The notes beneath the pieces are model-generated. The model worked only from the letters and a program-made list of their open reading frames with translations. It was not told the origin of the DNA and did not search any database. This document shows, in pieces, positions 62,976 to 64,000 of a stretch of 64,000 bases of DNA (its first letter is position 1; every line of letters starts with the position of its first letter). The stretch covers positions 3,026 to 67,025 of the forward strand of contig JBGCDS010000006.1 in NCBI GenBank assembly GCA_045105615.1, read 5' to 3'. Source of the stretch: Gammaproteobacteria bacterium. Lineage in GTDB: Bacteria > Pseudomonadota > Gammaproteobacteria > UBA4575. The translations under genes were made by a program, and so were the position numbers.

Positions 62976-63728
62976 ATGGTTGCAATCACTATTCTATTTA
63001 ATGAAATGCGTCGCATTTGGATGCAGCCTTTAGTCTGGATAGTACTTGGCTTAACGTTCATTGTGATCGCTTTGTTGTTCTTAGTACTACTCAATAATTT
63101 TTATTTAGACATTCAGGTCAAATTCGCCGGCAACGATAATGCACCAGGTGTGACTGATTCTGTATTTTATCCAATGCTGTTCTGGAGTTCGATAATTGGC
63201 TCACTGATGATGCCTATCTTTACTCTACGCATCGTGACAGAAGAAAAAATTCGTCGCCAAGACACCTTGCTAAACAGCGCGCCAATTAAATGCACCACTA
63301 TTATCATAACCAAATTATTAGCCATTGCTTCTGTTGCCTTTGGTTTCGCACTGTTGAATTTGATATTCCCGCTGACCATGTCCACCACAGTGACTTTAGA
63401 CTGGGGTAAAATTGCTGCGGGCATTGTAGGCATGCTGTTATTCCAAACGAGTTATGCTGCTATATGTGTATGGATAGCGACATTAACTCAAAACATCATG
63501 TTTACCCTGCTTAGCTGCTTGGGCATGTTTTTGCTTTCGTTTATTTTATTTTACTCTGCCACTTCAAAGCAAAGTACCAGCAGTGCTTTTTTATACATAT
63601 CGAGCTTTACTCATCTGCTTTCTCCGCTATCCGGATTAGTCACTAGCGCCGATATTTTTTACTTCCTAGTCGTGACATTACTATTTAGCACTTTATCTAT
63701 CATCCATTTACGCTTCAAAAGAGATTAG
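62976..63728 (+). CDS. ABC-2 type transporter permease (GldF-like)
   Basis: 250 aa, 6 TM. Translationally coupled to the ATPase. Confidence 0.7.
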   Translation: MVAITILFNEMRRIWMQPLVWIVLGLTFIVIALLFLVLLNNFYLDIQVKFAGNDNAPGVTDSVFYPMLFWSSIIGSLMMPIFTLRIVTEEKIRRQDTLLNSAPIKCTTIIITKLLAIASVAFGFALLNLIFPLTMSTTVTLDWGKIAAGIVGMLLFQTSYAAICVWIATLTQNIMFTLLSCLGMFLLSFILFYSATSKQSTSSAFLYISSFTHLLSPLSGLVTSADIFYFLVVTLLFSTLSIIHLRFKRD

Positions 63729-63732
63729 ATAC

Positions 63733-64000
63733 TTTGCCTAAGATTAATTACAAACGTCGCTCCCGAATAAGTTTATATGCTTATTCATTTTTATGCCTTG
63801 CCATTTGTTTTTTCTTGCTGTGGTTAAATAGCTTAAACAACTGGCAAACAGATTGGACAGCTGGATCACGTAACACAATTAACCAGTCTAGCATTGAATT
63901 GCTAAAAAACATGGAAGGTCCAATCGCCTTACAGGCTTATTTTAATAGCGACAGTCAAAGCCGCCAGCAGGTCAGTCGCTTTATTGATAAGTACACACGC
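63733..64000 (+). CDS. GldG-like ABC-transport auxiliary component (N-terminal fragment, runs off the window)
   Basis: TTG start 4 nt after the permease stop. N-terminal TM, then ...PIALQAYFNSDSQ... resembling the GldG family N-terminus. Confidence 0.45.

Overview
This 64-kb window looks like a chromosomal segment from a marine, low-GC (~40%) gammaproteobacterium of the Alteromonadales/Vibrionales type. That assignment rests on gene order only, because no database search was possible. Most of the window is conserved housekeeping backbone. The core blocks are: fpr; fxsA-groES-groEL; cutA-dsbD; aroQ-accB-accC-prmA-(zinc-ribbon gene)-dusB-fis-purH-(AEC transporter)-purD; rho-trxA; cca; uppP; folB-folK; rpmB-rpmG; gshA; bpt; ampD. 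Several accessory or poorly characterised modules sit between them. (1) A three-gene Mo-bisPGD oxidoreductase operon (catalytic, 4-cluster ferredoxin and NrfD-type membrane subunits) whose catalytic subunit has no Tat signal, most consistent with a cytoplasm-facing SoeABC-type sulfite:quinone oxidoreductase. (2) An orphan formaldehyde-activating-enzyme (Fae) homolog next to apbE. (3) A VPLPA-CTERM (exosortase-type sorting signal) secreted protein transcribed divergently from an OxyR ortholog. (4) A DUF898 (YjgN) membrane protein plus M48 metallopeptidase pair. (5) The most system-like candidate: a tightly linked, co-directional four-gene cluster encoding a DedA/TVP38 membrane domain fused to a flavoprotein disulfide reductase, an ArsS-like radical-SAM/Cys-rich enzyme, and a two-component RND efflux pump (adaptor + permease). 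(6) A periplasmic rhodanese / PPK2 / DUF4124 / DUF4332 group. (7) An unannotated 48-aa secreted peptide made of four EHAGK repeats, followed by a secreted hypothetical protein. (8) A 51-codon LysR C-terminal gene remnant abutting the groEL terminator. (9) A near-consensus CIRCE operator just downstream of a sigma70-like promoter in front of groES. (10) A short BLUF blue-light photoreceptor beside folate/pterin genes. (11) An orphan HyuA-type hydantoinase next to a GldA/GldF/GldG-like ABC-2 transporter. No rRNA, tRNA, CRISPR array, IS element or integrase was recognised.
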